Notes under the pieces: model-generated
Told to the model about the DNA's origin: nothing
Databases searched by the model: none
Seen by the model: the letters and a program-made list of their open reading frames with translations, nothing else
Part shown: positions 39,220-49,363 of the stretch, piece by piece
Layout: each line of letters begins with the position of its first letter
Numbering within the stretch: position 1 is the stretch's first letter
DNA from: an uncultured Streptomyces sp.
Lineage (GTDB): Bacteria; Actinomycetota; Actinomycetes; Streptomycetales; Streptomycetaceae
Length of the DNA: 56,192 nt
Assembly: GCA_965654005.1 (NCBI GenBank)
Contig: CBFHCJ010000001.1
Location: 1-56,192, forward strand
Direction: 5' to 3'
Position numbers and translations under genes: made by a program

Positions 39220-41360
39220 GCGGGACGGGCGCGTTCACGCCGGGGCAGGTGCGTCTGGGTGACCGGGTGCCGTGGCTGGGCCGGGCCCACCAGGTGGTGG
39301 CGTTCCAGGGGTCGAACGTGGTGCTCCTGTCCGAGGAGACGTCCACGCCGGTGGAGGTGCTGTACACGGCCATGGTCTCCGCGCCGGGCTTCGCCGTGCT
39401 GAATGGTGACGGCTCCCCCGTTGCGTCGGCCCCGATGCCCGCCGTGGATGCTCCGCCGTCCAAGGCCCAGCGCAAGGAGGCCAGGCGGTGGCACCGGCAC
39501 ATGAAGGAGCTCGACACCGGCCTGCTGCCGGGCAGCAGTCAGGCCCGGCCCGGATACGAGCCGGGAGAAACGACGCTGGCTGAGCGTTATGCCTGCAAGT
39601 CACGGGAGTTGGCGGCCGCAGGCATGGAGATCAGTGCAAAGACGCTGGAGTCGATGCGGCTGAAGTGGAAACGGGCGGGCGAGAATCCGCTGGTTCTGAT
39701 CGAGCGGCGCCCCCGGGAGAGCGTGCATCGCACCGACTCGCGGGTCATCGAGATCATGCGGGAAGTGGTGATGTCCCACAGCCGCGGCTCAGGGGTGGAC
39801 ATCCAGACCGTCTGGGAAGAGGTGCTGGACGTCGTCCAGGACCGCTTCAAGGCGGAGCTGGAGGATCCGCAGGAGGCCCAGCGGCTGCTGCTGAAGCGGG
39901 CCACGTTCTACCGGCGGATGGACGACACCGGGCTCGCCGAGTACCTGGCCGCCCCCACACGCCGGCGTGCGCAGCGGGCGAGCAAGCCGCTTCCTCCCTA
40001 CCGGCCCTCTCATGCGCGGCGGCCTGGCGAGGTGGTGCAGATCGACACCTCACCGCTGAAGGTAAAGGCGCTCGGGGACGACGCCCAGGTCATCTCGGCC
40101 GAGTTGACCTCGGCGATCGATGTGGCGTCGCGTTCCAACTGCGCGGTGATGGTTGTCCCGGTGGTCACCGGGGAGGGTTCGCCGGGCAAGCGGATCGGCG
40201 GACGGGCGACCAGGGCATACGACCTGGTGCTGCTGCTGGCTCAGTGTTTTGCCCCGCTTGCCTGGCGTCCGCACTGGGATCCGCTGGCGCTGGCCGCGAA
40301 CTCGGCGCTGCCGTACGAGGATTTGCGGGATGCGGACGAGCGGTTCGCGCGCGCGGTTGCGGCGCGGCCGGTCATTCATCCCTGTACGGTGATCATCGAT
40401 CAGGGCAGCCCCTACCTGAGTGATCATTTCAAGTACGTGTGCGACATGCTCGACATCACCATCGTGTATGCGCGCAAGGACACTCCGACCGACAAGCCGA
40501 TCAAGGAGCGGTTCTTCCGCACCCTGGGCAGCCGGTTCAGCCAGCACGTGGTCGGCTGGACCGGTAACGGTTTCGCCCACCGGGGGCTGGGGATCGACAA
40601 GGGCCCCCTGTATCCCATCAACACGCTGCAGGACCTGGCCGAGCAGTGGATCGCCCTCGACTACCAGCAGACGCCGCACAAGGGGCTGCGCAGCCCGTTC
40701 ACCCCGGGCCTGATTCTGTCGCCGAACGAGATGTATGCGCAGCTGATGCCCATGACGGGCTATCGGCCGCGGCCGATCACCGCGGCCGAGGCACGTGAGC
40801 TGCTGATCCCGGCCTGGGTGAAGATCAGCGACAAGGGCATCGTGATCGAGAACCGCATCTATCAGAGTTCGGACCGGCGGATGCGGCTGCTGATCGAGCA
40901 GCGGTCCGGGATCAACGAGCACAACGACCGGTTCAAAGCCCGCTATAACCCCTACCACCCCGAAGTGGCCTACCTCTTCGACCACCTGTACACGCAGGAA
41001 TGGATCGAGGTGGAGTTCATCTACCGGGGTCTGCTCGAGGACGACTGGACGCAGGATCTGTGGGAGCGGGCCACCGCGGCGGTCGTGGACAACGGCGGCC
41101 GCAAGGACGACCAGTTGGCGATCGTCAAAGCGATGCGGGCGCTGCGCCGTTCACTGCGCCAGGGCCCGGGCAAGGCGCAGCGCAGCGCCCCCAAGATTCC
41201 CTTCCAGGGGCTGGAGGTGGACGCAGAGCCCGAGCCGGTGGTGGACCCGTATGCGGGGGTCTCCATCGACGTCGAGACGGTCACCGCCTACCCGTCCCTG
41301 CCCATCGCCGGCCGGGACATCGACCGGCCGCAGACACCGGACGACGCAGACGCTCCGTGA
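39216..41360 (+). CDS. tnsB: TnsB/Mu-type DDE transposase
   Basis: VQIDTSPL, IIDQGSPY and KPIKERFF (DDE intact), YQQTPHKGL. ATGA overlap with tnsA. Confidence 0.92.
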   Translation: MSGTGAFTPGQVRLGDRVPWLGRAHQVVAFQGSNVVLLSEETSTPVEVLYTAMVSAPGFAVLNGDGSPVASAPMPAVDAPPSKAQRKEARRWHRHMKELDTGLLPGSSQARPGYEPGETTLAERYACKSRELAAAGMEISAKTLESMRLKWKRAGENPLVLIERRPRESVHRTDSRVIEIMREVVMSHSRGSGVDIQTVWEEVLDVVQDRFKAELEDPQEAQRLLLKRATFYRRMDDTGLAEYLAAPTRRRAQRASKPLPPYRPSHARRPGEVVQIDTSPLKVKALGDDAQVISAELTSAIDVASRSNCAVMVVPVVTGEGSPGKRIGGRATRAYDLVLLLAQCFAPLAWRPHWDPLALAANSALPYEDLRDADERFARAVAARPVIHPCTVIIDQGSPYLSDHFKYVCDMLDITIVYARKDTPTDKPIKERFFRTLGSRFSQHVVGWTGNGFAHRGLGIDKGPLYPINTLQDLAEQWIALDYQQTPHKGLRSPFTPGLILSPNEMYAQLMPMTGYRPRPITAAEARELLIPAWVKISDKGIVIENRIYQSSDRRMRLLIEQRSGINEHNDRFKARYNPYHPEVAYLFDHLYTQEWIEVEFIYRGLLEDDWTQDLWERATAAVVDNGGRKDDQLAIVKAMRALRRSLRQGPGKAQRSAPKIPFQGLEVDAEPEPVVDPYAGVSIDVETVTAYPSLPIAGRDIDRPQTPDDADAP

Positions 41361-42556
41361 CAGACAACCGCCCACCGCCGACGCCTGCGGGGGCGCCGTG
41401 GCCCCCGCCCGTCCCTGAGGAGGACAACATGGCAACCTCCGCCGCCGCACGCACCGCCGCACGCGCTGAGCGGGAACAACAGATCCTGGATCATGCACGG
41501 GCCGCTCCGATGGCGCCGCGCTGGATCTTCACCCTGCAAGGCTGGAACACCTACGTACGCGAGATGATCAAACGCCCTGAGCTCGCGGACTCCGCCCCGC
41601 TCGGCACCCCGGTCACCTCCGACGACCCCCGCCTGCGCTACCACGGACATCTGCTGCTGGTCCCCAATCCCCCATTCGATGCGGCGCTGTTGAAGACGCA
41701 CCGGCTGCTGCTGGCCAACCGCAACCGGCGCGAGGGATTGACGGACCGGGTGATCGACGGGCCGCCCGGAACCGGCAAGACCTTCCTGCTGCGGGCCATC
41801 GGCCGGGAGTTCCAGACCAAAATCGAGGAAGTGCACAACGACCGGATCCCCGTCGTGCACATCATGGCCCCGCAGGATGCGGACAACATCGTGAACTGGG
41901 TATGGGCGATCGCCGAGTTCCTCGGCCTGGCCCCGGCGCCGCTGACCGAGGAGGAGATCCGTCAGCCCCGGCGCACCCCCGACCTCTCCCAGTCCGTGTG
42001 GCACGTCCTGGAGCGGCGCTGGACCCAACTGCTCCTCGTGGACGGCATGCAGCGGGTACACCCGGACCAACTCGTCCCGGTGCTGCACCACTTCGACTTC
42101 CTGCGCGAGCAGCTGGGGATCACGACCGTCTTCTGCGGCACCGGTGCCCGCGAGATCGTGCGGGCGGCCCGCGTGAAAGCGGACGGCCTCAGCGAGGCAC
42201 ACGAGGGCCTGAGTCAGCGGGCACCGGTCATCACCGGCGAAGACGGCAAGCAGCACCGGGTACTCCCCCAGGCCGATCCCAGCCGGCTGCCGGTGACCTG
42301 GCTCGACCCCATTCCGCTGTACGACGGCGACCAGGAGACCTGGCCCAGCGTCGTGCGCGGCTTCGAAGAGGCCCTGTGCCTGCACCAGCTCTCGCCGCAT
42401 GCTCTGGTCGGCGAGGCCAAGTACCTGCACCGCCGCACCGGCGGCTACCTCAGACTGCTGTCCCAGCTGATCTGCCAGGCGGCCATCACAGCCATCGAAG
42501 AAGGCATCGAGGACATCACCAAGGAACTGCTGGAAGACATCGACATCGGCGGCTGA
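41357..42556 (+). CDS. tnsC: TnsC/TniB AAA+ ATPase
   Basis: GPPGTGKT, LLLVDGMQ, LHRRTGGYLRLL. GTGA overlap with tnsB (alternative ATG at 41429). Confidence 0.88.
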   Translation: MTDNRPPPTPAGAPWPPPVPEEDNMATSAAARTAARAEREQQILDHARAAPMAPRWIFTLQGWNTYVREMIKRPELADSAPLGTPVTSDDPRLRYHGHLLLVPNPPFDAALLKTHRLLLANRNRREGLTDRVIDGPPGTGKTFLLRAIGREFQTKIEEVHNDRIPVVHIMAPQDADNIVNWVWAIAEFLGLAPAPLTEEEIRQPRRTPDLSQSVWHVLERRWTQLLLVDGMQRVHPDQLVPVLHHFDFLREQLGITTVFCGTGAREIVRAARVKADGLSEAHEGLSQRAPVITGEDGKQHRVLPQADPSRLPVTWLDPIPLYDGDQETWPSVVRGFEEALCLHQLSPHALVGEAKYLHRRTGGYLRLLSQLICQAAITAIEEGIEDITKELLEDIDIGG

Positions 42557-42815
42557 TCACCAAGTACAGAGGAGCGCCCGGATTCTTCCGCCCTCAACTC
42601 GCCAAGCCTGCGTGCCGTACGTGGGCGCAGCTGGGCGGGCCGCCCGTTGTAGCCGTCGTGTGGACTGCAGGCGGCCGGGACGCCACTCGCGCAACGATGA
42701 TGGGCCCGCTTTTTCTGCCGGCGGCCTCCGCCGAGGCTGCCGTGCACGGTCACGGCCGCCGTCCCGCCTGCGTGCAGGCCGTCTGGTGGCGGCAGTCGAG
42801 CCCGGGCTCGGTTCG

Positions 42816-45083
42816 ATGTCAGTAGCCACCGTTAGGGTCAATGCTGTGATCAGGGAGTACTACCCGCGGGCGTGGCAGCATCTGGACAATGCGCGGCGGG
42901 CCAAGGTGGCGATGGCGCGGTTGTGGAACACGCTGCTCGAGGGCGGACTGGTCGAGGAGGGCGTGGTCACGCATCCGGACGGGTCGGGGGTCATCACGGC
43001 CTGGCTGGCTTGGCCGCCGGGTGGGCAGGCGGAGCTGACCGAGCTGTTCGGCGGGTGTGTGCAGGAGCTGTGGGCGTGCCTGGATGCGCTGGTGACGGAG
43101 TCCATTGAGGCGTTCAGTGCGCTGCAGCGGCTGCGCAGGCCGGAGTGTCCCCGGTTCTTTCCGGTCGCTGATTCTCTCGAGGGATTCCGGGAGTCGCTGG
43201 CCGAGTCGTGCATGGACGGCGCCCTGCGGTCGCACGTGGCGATGGTGGAGGACTGCCAGCCCTTTCAGGACAGCGATGGCGACGAGGTCATCGACCGGAT
43301 CCGCCGGGGGCTGGCCCTTCTGCTGGCATGGGAGGCGGCGCTGGATGCCGGGGCGGTTATGGGCGCGTGGGCGACCCCCGTCGAACCGCAGGTCCGTGCC
43401 GCAGCGCCCGCAGTGGTCGAGAGCGTTAAGGCGGCGGAGCCCGGCGCGCTAGGCGAACAGGAACATGTCCTGGCCCGCTACCGGCTGAGCTCCTACCAGA
43501 GCGGGTGTGCTGTGACCGCGCGGGCGGGCACGTATGTCGACCTGTGTTTCACGGAGGGGTTCGTCCCGGCAGACAACGAGGACACCTTCGTCCGGCGGCT
43601 GTCGCTGGTGATCGAGGCGGTCACCCGGTTCGCTATCTCGTTTGCGTGGCTGTCCAGCCAGGTGCCGGGCAGCCGGCACGTGCTGTCTGCCGGGCACTCC
43701 ACCCCCGGCGACACCTGGATCGCAGCCACACGCTCGTCGAGGCACTGGTCCGCCGAGCAGCTGGCCGCGCTGGCCTCCTCGGACATCGGCCTGGGACGAG
43801 TCGAGGACGCCGACACGCTCACGCTGATGGTGAGCACTCCGAGCGGTGTGTTCGAGCGGGTCATCCCGCACGCGACGCCCTTGCGCAGCCACGACCGGCG
43901 GGGCACGGCCGCGGAGATAGCCGTGCAGGATGCGGCGGCCACCTGGGGCCTGCCGGATTTCGTGATGGCCCCGAGTGTGGAACGCAAGGGGCGAGGCGTG
44001 CGGGAGATCAGCGACGGTCTGCTGGTGGTCGGCGACCAGGGGGTCGTCGTGCAGATCAAGGCGCGCGAGGGCGAGCCAGCCTCAGCAGAGCGGGAGACGT
44101 CCTGGGTCCTGAAGCAAATCACCGCGGCGGGCAAGCAGATCCAGGGCACCGCCCGCCGGCTGCGGGCAGAGAGCGTGCACATGGTCAACGGACGGGGCCG
44201 CCGCGTCCGCGTCGACGGACCGGCCATCGACTGGGTCGGCGTCGCCATCATCGAACACCCTGATCCGCCACAGGAGTTGACTGTCGCGGAGCATCACGGA
44301 CGCACGCCGGTGATCGCTCTGCTGCGACGCGACTGGGAGTTCTTGTTCAACCAGCTGCGCTCCACCCACGCCGTGGTCGGCTATCTGCACCGGGTCGGCA
44401 CGTCGGCGCCCGTTCTGGGCGGCGAGCCGGAGCGTTACTACGAGCTGGCCGCCGCGGACGCCGAGACAGTACCGGCAGCGGCGGACCCGTCCTGGACTCG
44501 GCGCGGCGGACAGCCGCACAGCGTGCCGCTGCTGCCCGCCGCCCCGGCCGGGAGTGACGACGACGAAGCCCACACCATGGTCCGCATCCTGCTCGAGGAC
44601 GTAGCCACCAGCCCACTGGACCCGGACGAGTGGGATACCCGGCAACGCGTCCTGGCCTGCCTCGACAGCCTGCCGGTCGGGTACCGCACAGATCTGGGCC
44701 GTTTTCTGCTGGACGCGCTGGCCGCGGTCGCCGAGCCTGAGACAGGCACCACGGTATGGCGGATGCGCACCTTCATCGCCGGGCCTGATCGGGATCAGCT
44801 TGGCTTCGCCGTCTGTTCCGCCCTGACCGACCACACCCGCGCCGCGTTCTCCGCCTGGCTTCAGCTGCGCCATCACGAACGCGGCGAGCATGCGGACCTC
44901 GCCCAGCTCACGTCGGTCGGTGTGCTGCTCACTCCCCGCGCCGACGGCTACCGGGAATGGGACACCACCATGAGTGCCCTCAGCGGCGACCCGGAACTGA
45001 ACGGTGAGGAACTACGCGCCTACCAGGATCTGTTCAATACGCCCAGCGGCCCGGCAGGCACCGCCTCGAAGCCATCGCCCTGA
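42816..45083 (+). CDS. Large hypothetical protein with NERD-like PD-(D/E)xK nuclease domain
   Basis: GTAAEIAVQDAAATWG...REISDGLLVVGDQGVVVQIKAR. Confidence 0.65.
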   Translation: MSVATVRVNAVIREYYPRAWQHLDNARRAKVAMARLWNTLLEGGLVEEGVVTHPDGSGVITAWLAWPPGGQAELTELFGGCVQELWACLDALVTESIEAFSALQRLRRPECPRFFPVADSLEGFRESLAESCMDGALRSHVAMVEDCQPFQDSDGDEVIDRIRRGLALLLAWEAALDAGAVMGAWATPVEPQVRAAAPAVVESVKAAEPGALGEQEHVLARYRLSSYQSGCAVTARAGTYVDLCFTEGFVPADNEDTFVRRLSLVIEAVTRFAISFAWLSSQVPGSRHVLSAGHSTPGDTWIAATRSSRHWSAEQLAALASSDIGLGRVEDADTLTLMVSTPSGVFERVIPHATPLRSHDRRGTAAEIAVQDAAATWGLPDFVMAPSVERKGRGVREISDGLLVVGDQGVVVQIKAREGEPASAERETSWVLKQITAAGKQIQGTARRLRAESVHMVNGRGRRVRVDGPAIDWVGVAIIEHPDPPQELTVAEHHGRTPVIALLRRDWEFLFNQLRSTHAVVGYLHRVGTSAPVLGGEPERYYELAAADAETVPAAADPSWTRRGGQPHSVPLLPAAPAGSDDDEAHTMVRILLEDVATSPLDPDEWDTRQRVLACLDSLPVGYRTDLGRFLLDALAAVAEPETGTTVWRMRTFIAGPDRDQLGFAVCSALTDHTRAAFSAWLQLRHHERGEHADLAQLTSVGVLLTPRADGYREWDTTMSALSGDPELNGEELRAYQDLFNTPSGPAGTASKPSP

Positions 45084-45165
45084 GAGGGCGGCAAGACGGA
45101 CAGCGGTGCCGCCAGCGCTGCGGTCGCCTTCGGCCGTTCGGTGATCGGCCGGGCTGCCGCTGTGG

Positions 45166-46278
45166 TCAGTGGTGTTCGTGCAGCCGGGTGAGGAACTGCC
45201 GGATGAGGGCGTCGACTTCGCGGTCGGCGCTGAATCCCTTGAGCTGGATGCGTTCGATGTGGGCGATTCCGCTGTTGCGCCAGGACCTGTCGAGGGCGGC
45301 GTCCGCGGCGAAGTGTTCGTGGTGATGGGGTTCGTCGACCTCGATGGCACCCACCCGGCCGGAAGCGGTGACGAGGAAGTCCGGGGCCCAGGTGCTGCCG
45401 CTGCCGACCCGGGCCCTCGGCAGCGGGAAGATGGCGATGGTGGAATCCTGCGGCAGCTGTGCCTGTGCCCGCTTCAACGCCTCGTAGACGAGCATTTGCT
45501 CCCGGGCGTCGAAGGCGAAACCGTCCCTACTGAAGGTGGCGGCTGCCTCCTCGGCACGGGGCCGGGGGTACTGGCTGGGGGATGTTTTATTGATCAGCTT
45601 CTCTTGGAGGCTCTGCCTCCAGTCGTCACCGGTCTCGGGGAGGGCCGGAATGACGCTGACGTTGTCGACCAGCAGGTCGTGACGTGCCGCCACGTGGACG
45701 AGCAGGGGCCGGATGGCGGCGAGGACCTCTGGGGTGAAGCGGGCAACGAGGTAGAGCGGCACGATGAGGGCGACGTCTTCGCCTTCCTCAGAACGGTCAC
45801 TGGGGACATGCTCGATGTCTTCCACGTCCGCCAGCAAGGCGGCGGCCTGGCTGTTTCCGTCCTCGTACAGCAGGAACGCTGTCTGGGCCAGGACGAGATA
45901 CAGAATGGCCGTCAGGGCCTCGTCCGGCTCCGCTGACGTGTCGGCGGCCGGAACGGTACCGGGCGCATCCACCTGCGTGGGACCTTCAGGGCTGGGCAGG
46001 TCGGAGGGAGAGGGGATCCTGCCTTGCACCAGCAGCTCTACGGCGGGCGGAGGACTGAGAAGCTCTGCGAGCACCTCCTCGAGCACGCGGCGACAATACG
46101 AGTTGATCAAGGTTTCGTATGCGCCCGGGCTGAACATGTTGAGCGTGAGCGTGCTGCCGTCGTAGAAGAGCACGCTCGCGTTCTGGCTCAGCAGGATCCA
46201 GGCGAACCGCATCCGCTCATCGATGGCTTGCAGAAGCTGCGGCCACAGCTCCTGCATGTCTGCCGTCCTGTCGGCCAT
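45166..46278 (-). CDS. Fusion of a DnaX (tau) C-terminal-like domain and a Vsr/DUF559-like nuclease
   Basis: The N-terminus LWPQLLQAIDERMRFAWILLSQNASVLFYDGSTLTL closely resembles the actinobacterial DnaX C-terminal domain as I recall it. C-terminus APDFLV...IEVDEPHH. Confidence 0.7.
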   Translation of the reverse strand: MADRTADMQELWPQLLQAIDERMRFAWILLSQNASVLFYDGSTLTLNMFSPGAYETLINSYCRRVLEEVLAELLSPPPAVELLVQGRIPSPSDLPSPEGPTQVDAPGTVPAADTSAEPDEALTAILYLVLAQTAFLLYEDGNSQAAALLADVEDIEHVPSDRSEEGEDVALIVPLYLVARFTPEVLAAIRPLLVHVAARHDLLVDNVSVIPALPETGDDWRQSLQEKLINKTSPSQYPRPRAEEAAATFSRDGFAFDAREQMLVYEALKRAQAQLPQDSTIAIFPLPRARVGSGSTWAPDFLVTASGRVGAIEVDEPHHHEHFAADAALDRSWRNSGIAHIERIQLKGFSADREVDALIRQFLTRLHEHH

Positions 46279-46697
46279 GGCGCCCTCCCCGTGTGCTGCC
46301 CCACCAGCAGCGTAGGAAGAGACGCTGACCGCCGGAGGCGGATCGCTGCTGCCGTTACCCGTACGCCTGAACTCCGTCCGCACGGGGGGCCTTGGCCTTG
46401 CCGATCGAGCACTCGCCGCATCCGCACAACCTCGACCGGAGGCCCGTGGGACCAACTCGTCCACCCCCGGTTAGAGATGCGGCTGTTCGCGCCGTACCCA
46501 GCGGCCGTCGCTCAATCGGCGTGCTGTTCTAGAGAATCCTGCGCCCGACCAGGGGCTGCGCGAGAGGATGCACTGGGTCGGCGAGCAGTACGCAGTGGGC
46601 CACCGGGGCGCGTGATTCTTGGGACCAGCCGAATTGCAGCATGGCTGTGGGGGCTGGGTGGCGGTGGACGCTGTGGGAGTGGGATGAGTGGGGGGAC

Positions 46698-47294
46698 ATG
46701 GCAACGTGGTTTGAGCGTATGGCAGCGATTCCTGGTGTGCGGTTCGCCGGGAGCCCTGGTGTCGTCCGCGAAGCGCTCGCAGCGGCACGTGTCCGTCCGG
46801 AGGTATCGTACGGCTCGCTGATGTGGCCCACTGCTGAGGGCAGTACGTCGGCAACGCCGGCCAGCCGGCACGTGCCGGTGGAGGCGAGCGGGGCGGGCCT
46901 GGTCACCCGGGTCTGGGAGGCGCTGGAGCTTCCCGGTGAAGCGATGGACTACCACTTCGTCCTCCAAGGGGCGGTGGACCGCTTGTGGAGCGGTAGACGC
47001 TCCTACTCTGACGGGCTTGAGCTGCTTGAGGTGTTCGCGCTGCTGGACTTGGAGTTGATGGAGGCTGCCCCGCAGGCGGTCTCCTTTGACACCGGCTCCG
47101 TCCCGACATCGTTCGTGCACGTGACGTCCGTTCCCCGGCTGGTGATGCTGCTGGAACGCGAAGGCGCCTTCGCCGACGCCCTCGAACTGGCGCGGCGGCT
47201 GGTCCGTTTCGACCAGGGTGAGGATGCGGTGGGCCGCCTCTCGGAGAAGATCGGCGCGCTGGCGGCCGAGTCGACGGTTGGCGGGACGGCATGA
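46698..47294 (+). CDS. Hypothetical alpha-helical protein, first gene of a 3-gene operon
   Basis: GGGGGA RBS. Its TGA overlaps the next ATG. TPR-like C-terminus. Confidence 0.65.
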   Translation: MATWFERMAAIPGVRFAGSPGVVREALAAARVRPEVSYGSLMWPTAEGSTSATPASRHVPVEASGAGLVTRVWEALELPGEAMDYHFVLQGAVDRLWSGRRSYSDGLELLEVFALLDLELMEAAPQAVSFDTGSVPTSFVHVTSVPRLVMLLEREGAFADALELARRLVRFDQGEDAVGRLSEKIGALAAESTVGGTA

Positions 47295-49363
47295 GCGCCG
47301 GGCTGGAGCAGCTGATCCCCTCGGCGTCCTACCTGGAAGAGGCCTTCCTGCACTGGGTGCTCACTCCGGCCGCGCAGCGGGGCATCGTGGCGCATGTGCG
47401 CAGCCAGCATCCGGTGACGGTCAACGAGCGCACCTACCGGCTGGACTATCTGATCGCGGGCGAGTCACTGCACCTGGCCGTGGAGTTGGACGGGTTCACC
47501 TTCCACAGTGACCGTGCCGCCTTCACCTACGACCGGCTACGGCAGAACGACCTGGCGGCCATGGGGCTGACGGTGCTGCGGTTTTCCTATGACGCAGTTC
47601 GCCTGGATACCGCACGCTGCGTCGCCCAGCTGCAGGCGATGATGCGCCAGGATGCCGTGCTCTCGCCTCTGGTGATCGCCGCGCCGCGCGTCGAGATCCC
47701 GGATATGGTGGGCGATCCCCTGCGGGCGGCCGACCCCCCTCGAAGCACCCGGTCACCAGCCGATAAGACCTACTTCGCCGGTGCGCGCGCTCAGGTGGCC
47801 CGGGAGCCGCTGCGAGCCTGCCAGGACGAGGCCCTGGCCGCGCTGGCCAACTACTACGCCTCCGGTGGCCAGCATGCAGCCACGGTGATGGCGGTCGGGG
47901 CCGGCAAGACCGCGCTGGGAGTGGCAGCCGCGTTGTCGTTCACCAGGCGGCGGGCGCTGGTGGTGACGCCGGGCTCGGTCATCCGCGGCACCTTCGCCAA
48001 GGCCCTCGACCCGGGGGTGCCGGGCAACGTCCTGTACGGGCTGGCGGGCGGCCCGCTGCTGCCGGGTGCGCGGCCGCCAGCCACGCTGGTCCTGGACGCG
48101 GACGACGAGCAAATCAGCCGGGTGAGCCGGCAGCGGCTGCTGGCCGCGGACGTGCTGGTCACGAACTTTCACGCACTGGGCACCGGCGACAAGGACGGCG
48201 ACCTGCTGGCCAAGCTGGAGCCGGAGGATGTCGACTTCATCGTCGTCGACGAGGCTCACATCGCGGCCAGCGCCTCCTACCAGCGGCTGTTCGCCCACTT
48301 CCGGGGTGCGCGCACGCTGTTGATGTCGGCGTGCTTCCAGCGTTTGGACGGCAAGCCGATCGACGCAGACGTGGTCTACCGCTACAGGCTGGTGGACTCC
48401 GTCGCGGATGGCTCGGCGAAGAACCTGCGTGTGCATCGGTTCGCCCCGGATGCGGCAGCGACAGTGTACGAGGCGGTGTGGCCTGACGGGCGGCGCGAGC
48501 AGATCGTGGGCCGCGAGGCACTGTTGGCCGCGTTGGGAGACGAGCGGAAGATGGCCCGCATCACTGCGCAGTCCGATGCCTCGATCCGGCAGGTGATGAA
48601 GGTGACGCGGGCCTGTCTGGATGCGCAGGCCAAGCTACTGGCCCCGGTCAAGCCCAGGGCGCTGTTCGCGGCGATGGGTGAGGCCCACGCTCAGCAAATC
48701 GCCCGCATCGCCGACGAGCACGGCATTCCCTGCGCCACGCTGCACCACAGCATGTCGGCTTCGGCGATCAAAGCCGTCCGGCGGCGCTTCGAGTCGGACG
48801 CGGGTGATCTGCAGGGCATCGTGCAACTGCGGATGCTCGGCCAGGGCTACGACTTCCCGCCCATCACCGTCGTCGTGCCCGTGCGTCCCTACGGCAGCTT
48901 CGGCGAGTTCTACCAGTTCGTCGGGCGCGGTGTGCGGGTGCTGCGGCATCCCGGTCTGGCAGCCGATCAGCAGTACCTGGATGTGGTCTGCCATGCCGAA
49001 CTCGGCCTCGAGGAGCATCTGGAGGCCATGTGCGAGGACAACGACATGGATCCCGCGCTGCTGCTCGACGTCCCCCTGATCGATGTCGACACGCTGGAGG
49101 CCGGCGTCGCGGACGCCAACAGTGGTGAAGAAGGGGCATCTGACAGTGCGTTCCCCGGCGGGGTCGACGCGTTCGTGCTGTACGAGCAGGGGCGCATCGA
49201 GCAGCGGGTGGTGCATGACCTGGACCGGGTGGAGGCCCGGAGGGCGGAGCGGGAGATGCAGCTGATGGCCCAACGCTACGCCGTCTACGCGCAAAACACC
49301 GCGTCTCCGATGCCGTTTGAGCAGTTCGTCGAGTACATGCGGAGGCTGACCGGTGGCCACTGA
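47291..49363 (+). CDS. DUF559/Vsr-like nuclease fused to SF2 helicase
   Basis: YRLDY...AVELDGFTFH...DRLRQNDL...VLRF, then MAVGAGKT, DEAH, SAC, GYDFP, QFVGRGVR. Confidence 0.88.
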   Translation: MSAGLEQLIPSASYLEEAFLHWVLTPAAQRGIVAHVRSQHPVTVNERTYRLDYLIAGESLHLAVELDGFTFHSDRAAFTYDRLRQNDLAAMGLTVLRFSYDAVRLDTARCVAQLQAMMRQDAVLSPLVIAAPRVEIPDMVGDPLRAADPPRSTRSPADKTYFAGARAQVAREPLRACQDEALAALANYYASGGQHAATVMAVGAGKTALGVAAALSFTRRRALVVTPGSVIRGTFAKALDPGVPGNVLYGLAGGPLLPGARPPATLVLDADDEQISRVSRQRLLAADVLVTNFHALGTGDKDGDLLAKLEPEDVDFIVVDEAHIAASASYQRLFAHFRGARTLLMSACFQRLDGKPIDADVVYRYRLVDSVADGSAKNLRVHRFAPDAAATVYEAVWPDGRREQIVGREALLAALGDERKMARITAQSDASIRQVMKVTRACLDAQAKLLAPVKPRALFAAMGEAHAQQIARIADEHGIPCATLHHSMSASAIKAVRRRFESDAGDLQGIVQLRMLGQGYDFPPITVVVPVRPYGSFGEFYQFVGRGVRVLRHPGLAADQQYLDVVCHAELGLEEHLEAMCEDNDMDPALLLDVPLIDVDTLEAGVADANSGEEGASDSAFPGGVDAFVLYEQGRIEQRVVHDLDRVEARRAEREMQLMAQRYAVYAQNTASPMPFEQFVEYMRRLTGGH

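Noticed and set aside
42614-42624. GCCGTACGTGG shared with positions 52-62
   Set aside because: A single 11-bp match is plausible by chance in 56 kb of high-GC DNA
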